This document shows, piece by piece, positions 61,520 through 64,000 of a stretch of DNA of 64,000 nucleotides. Position 1 is the stretch's first letter; each line of letters begins with the position of its first letter. Under the pieces are notes generated by a model. That model saw only the letters and a program-made list of their open reading frames with translations, ran no database searches and was not told the DNA's origin. Both the position numbers and the translations under genes were made by a program. The DNA comes from Myxococcota bacterium (GTDB lineage Bacteria > Myxococcota_A > SURF-8): the NCBI GenBank assembly GCA_963674735.2, contig CAXXQS010000001.1, positions 2,016,001-2,080,000 of the forward strand, written 5' to 3'.

Positions 61520-62524
61520 ATGCCAGTTCCACGGATCTGCGTGGTCATTCCGGCCCATAACGAAGAAGCGTTCATCGAATCCGTCATCCGGCGTGTTCCC
61601 GATCTCGTGCAATCCATCGTCGTGGTCGACGATGCCTCCAGCGACGCCACCAGCGAGCGGGTCGAGGCCTGCCAAGATCCGCGTGTGCATCTCATCCGCC
61701 ATGAAAACAATACCGGGGTGGGCGGTGCGGTTTTATCGGGTTATCGCTACGCCCTCGAACAGGAAGCCGACATCGTCGTCAAGCTGGACGGCGATGGGCA
61801 GATGGCCCCGGAGGAAATCACCGACATCATCCGGCCGATCCGCTCGAAACGCGCCGATTACACCAAAGGAGTCCGTTTCCAGGATTCAGACGTCATTCAC
61901 AAGATGCCACCCGCCCGACTGATCGGCAACCTGGGGCTTTCTTTTTTGGTAAAAGCCGCCAGCGGTTACTGGAACACCTTCGACCCCACCAACGGATTCA
62001 CGGCCATCAGCCGCCTGGCTCTCGAACGCCTCGATTTCTCTCGGCTGGCCAAAGATTATTTTTTCGAATCCAGCATGTTGGCCGAGCTATACCGCATCGG
62101 GGCGGTGGTGGAAGATGTCCCCACTCAAACCCATTACGGGGAAGAACACAGCGACCTGACCCTCATCCGTTCTCTGATAACCTTTCCGGTTTACCTCGCG
62201 CAAACCTTTTTACGCCGCATCATTTGGCGCTATTTCATCATCGATTTCAATGCCTTTTCCTTGTTCTCCGTGCTGGGTTCGCTGCTATTCGGCTTCGGCT
62301 TTACCTTCGGCTTGTACCATTGGATTAAAAACGGCCTGTTTCTGAATGTCGCCACCCCGCTGGGCACCATCATGCTGGCCGCGCTGCCGCTGCTTTTGGG
62401 CTTTCAACTCCTGTTGCAGGCTTTCGTGATCGACATCCACAACACCCCTCAGACACCGCTTTTCGCCAAGCTCGACCGCGATCCACCGGATGACGCTGAC
62501 GATCCAGCCCCGAGGAAGGCATGA
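61520..62524 (+). CDS. Glycosyltransferase family 2 (polyprenol-phosphate glycosyltransferase-like) with C-terminal TMs
   Basis: VVIPAHNE, VDDAS, KLDGDGQ and DPTNGF motifs. Confidence 0.92.
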   Translation: MPVPRICVVIPAHNEEAFIESVIRRVPDLVQSIVVVDDASSDATSERVEACQDPRVHLIRHENNTGVGGAVLSGYRYALEQEADIVVKLDGDGQMAPEEITDIIRPIRSKRADYTKGVRFQDSDVIHKMPPARLIGNLGLSFLVKAASGYWNTFDPTNGFTAISRLALERLDFSRLAKDYFFESSMLAELYRIGAVVEDVPTQTHYGEEHSDLTLIRSLITFPVYLAQTFLRRIIWRYFIIDFNAFSLFSVLGSLLFGFGFTFGLYHWIKNGLFLNVATPLGTIMLAALPLLLGFQLLLQAFVIDIHNTPQTPLFAKLDRDPPDDADDPAPRKA

Positions 62525-62880
62525 GCCGGACGGCGTCGAAAACGCTCTGGTTGTCGCTGAGTCTGGCCTTTCAAACCGCAGCCATGATCCTGGCCAAACA
62601 GGCGGGTTTGTCCACCGCCGATGACGGCATGATGGCCTTGCCCACTTGTCCCTGGTTCTGGCTGATGCTCGTCGCCTACGCCGCCCAAGCGCTGGCCTGG
62701 CTGAAAGCCCTAACTCTCCTGCCGCTTAGCGTGGCTTATCCGTTTACGGCCTTAACGGTGGGGCTGAACCTGCTGGCCAGCCGCCTCCTGTTTGCAGAGC
62801 CGTTTTCCCTCACACATGTGGCGGGGGGCGCCTTGATCATCGCCGGGGTCTGGCTGGTCGCACGAGGAGCGGAGGCATGA
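62521..62880 (+). CDS. SMR/EamA-like small membrane protein (ArnE/F-like flippase subunit)
   Basis: Four TMs and an LPLSVAYP motif. Confidence 0.8.
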   Translation: MSRTASKTLWLSLSLAFQTAAMILAKQAGLSTADDGMMALPTCPWFWLMLVAYAAQALAWLKALTLLPLSVAYPFTALTVGLNLLASRLLFAEPFSLTHVAGGALIIAGVWLVARGAEA

Positions 62881-63212
62881 GCGTACATGTCATCGCCATG
62901 CTGGCGGCCATTCTGTCGGTGGGAATCGGACAAACGCTGCTGAAAGCCGGAGCGGGGGGAGACATAAGCTTCACGCGTCGCTTATGGCGCGTCCCAACAA
63001 TGGGCGGTTACGCCCTGCTGGCACTGGCCACCCTGCTCACAGCCTTTGCGCTCCAAGAACTTCCGCTACGGCTATTCGTTCTCACATCCGCCTTGGTTTA
63101 CCCGCTGATCTCAATCCTGTCGGCCTCGTTCCTGAAGGAACGCATCAGGTGGTCTCAATGGCTGGGAATCGCGCTGATCGTCACCGGGGTTATCTGGTCA
63201 ACCTTCGGCTGA
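62877..63212 (+). CDS. SMR/EamA-like small membrane protein (ArnE/F-like flippase subunit)
   Basis: GQTLLK and FLKE...WLGIALI motifs. ATGA-coupled to the previous gene. Confidence 0.8.
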   Translation: MSVHVIAMLAAILSVGIGQTLLKAGAGGDISFTRRLWRVPTMGGYALLALATLLTAFALQELPLRLFVLTSALVYPLISILSASFLKERIRWSQWLGIALIVTGVIWSTFG

Positions 63213-64000
63213 AGAGATCGACTCTCTGCGTCGCCACAACCGGAATACCAAACTCGCCACACCCACACACGCCAGCATAGCCCATGAAACAACGACGATT
63301 TCCGGATATCCGGGCGGATCGAAGGTATAGCGGATACGCTGACGCCCCGCCTTTACCGGCAGCGCACGGAAGATGAAATTGGCCCCCCAGCTTTCAACCG
63401 GTCTGCCGTCCACCGTTGCCTGCCAACTGCGGCTCCAGCGATCCGTCACCACCACCCAACCGGCGGCAGGCGTGTTCGTTTCGAATTCGAGTTCGTCGGA
63501 CCCGTAGCGATGCAGGTCCACCGGAAGGAGTTGCAAGGCTTGGACCTCCTCCAACCGCCCAGCCGCTACGGCATCGCCGGGATAAGCTTGATCTTTCCGT
63601 GAATAAGCCAGCATCTCCGCCGGGGAGTGCACCACCAATGGAGGCCGTGCAAGTTGTTTGCTGCGACGCAGGAAGGCATTGAACACCCCATCGGTCGGAC
63701 GCGCCTCGACGGCGTTCGGGGCAAACCAGATGCGCGCCTCACCCAAAGCATAGGAATAGAGGGTCTCGTCCTGCACGATGGCATCGTGAAAACGGTTGCG
63801 CAAGGCGGTAATCCCCTTTAAAGTCGGCTGCTTGCGGGGAATATTTTTATTGTTCACCAGCGCCTCGCCGGTGGAGGTATAAACGGGATCGACGCTATAA
63901 CGGCGTCCAAGACCGCCTTGGGTCTGATCGATACGGGCATCGTGGGTTTGCGCCATGTTTTGCCATTCCGGCGCAGGTTTAGCCACTACCGTATGGTTCA
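63198..64000 (-). CDS. C-terminal part of a YfhO-like membrane protein (5' end outside the window)
   Basis: WVVVTD.W...WQATVDG...ANFIFRAL.V.AG...I.Y.F.P followed by a terminal TM. Confidence 0.75.
   Translation of the reverse strand, partial: NHTVVAKPAPEWQNMAQTHDARIDQTQGGLGRRYSVDPVYTSTGEALVNNKNIPRKQPTLKGITALRNRFHDAIVQDETLYSYALGEARIWFAPNAVEARPTDGVFNAFLRRSKQLARPPLVVHSPAEMLAYSRKDQAYPGDAVAAGRLEEVQALQLLPVDLHRYGSDELEFETNTPAAGWVVVTDRWSRSWQATVDGRPVESWGANFIFRALPVKAGRQRIRYTFDPPGYPEIVVVSWAMLACVGVASLVFRLWRRRESISSAEG

Noticed and set aside
1-64000. Genome-wide TAG reassignment
   Set aside because: Several intact genes end in TAG at the expected domain end (7274, 45287, 46612, 61503).

Overview
Bacterial chromosomal window (mostly ~55% GC by eye). 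MYXO-CTERM-like anchors, sigma-54 modules and Cys-rich secreted proteins point to a Deltaproteobacteria/Myxococcota-like host; this is inference. The left half (~1-30 kb) is an accessory region. It opens with a phosphorelay/c-di-GMP signalling cluster, followed by a tmRNA/tRNA-Ala-like 3' fragment (9203-9225) abutting a truncated tyrosine integrase, and a 2450-aa surface protein with 13 near-identical calcium-binding EGF repeats. Two ~340-bp attP-like junctions (core CTCCACCA) then bracket a lone papain-family protease, and after them come truncated type I RM genes, several IS elements and decayed secreted-protein genes. The right half is mostly core-like: Ni/Co transporter, radical SAM, mutM, sfsA, an ArfB-like factor, SDRs, a sigma-54 two-component module with visible enhancer and promoter, acyl-CoA dehydrogenase, an NTT-HEAT protein and manC/GT2/flippase, plus one AT-rich two-gene insert. 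The best candidate for an undescribed system is an apparent tandem array of integrase-less mini-islands at a tmRNA-type att core whose cargo is membrane-anchored, Cys-rich, 'DGD'-linker proteins. All calls were made by eye and no database searches were run.
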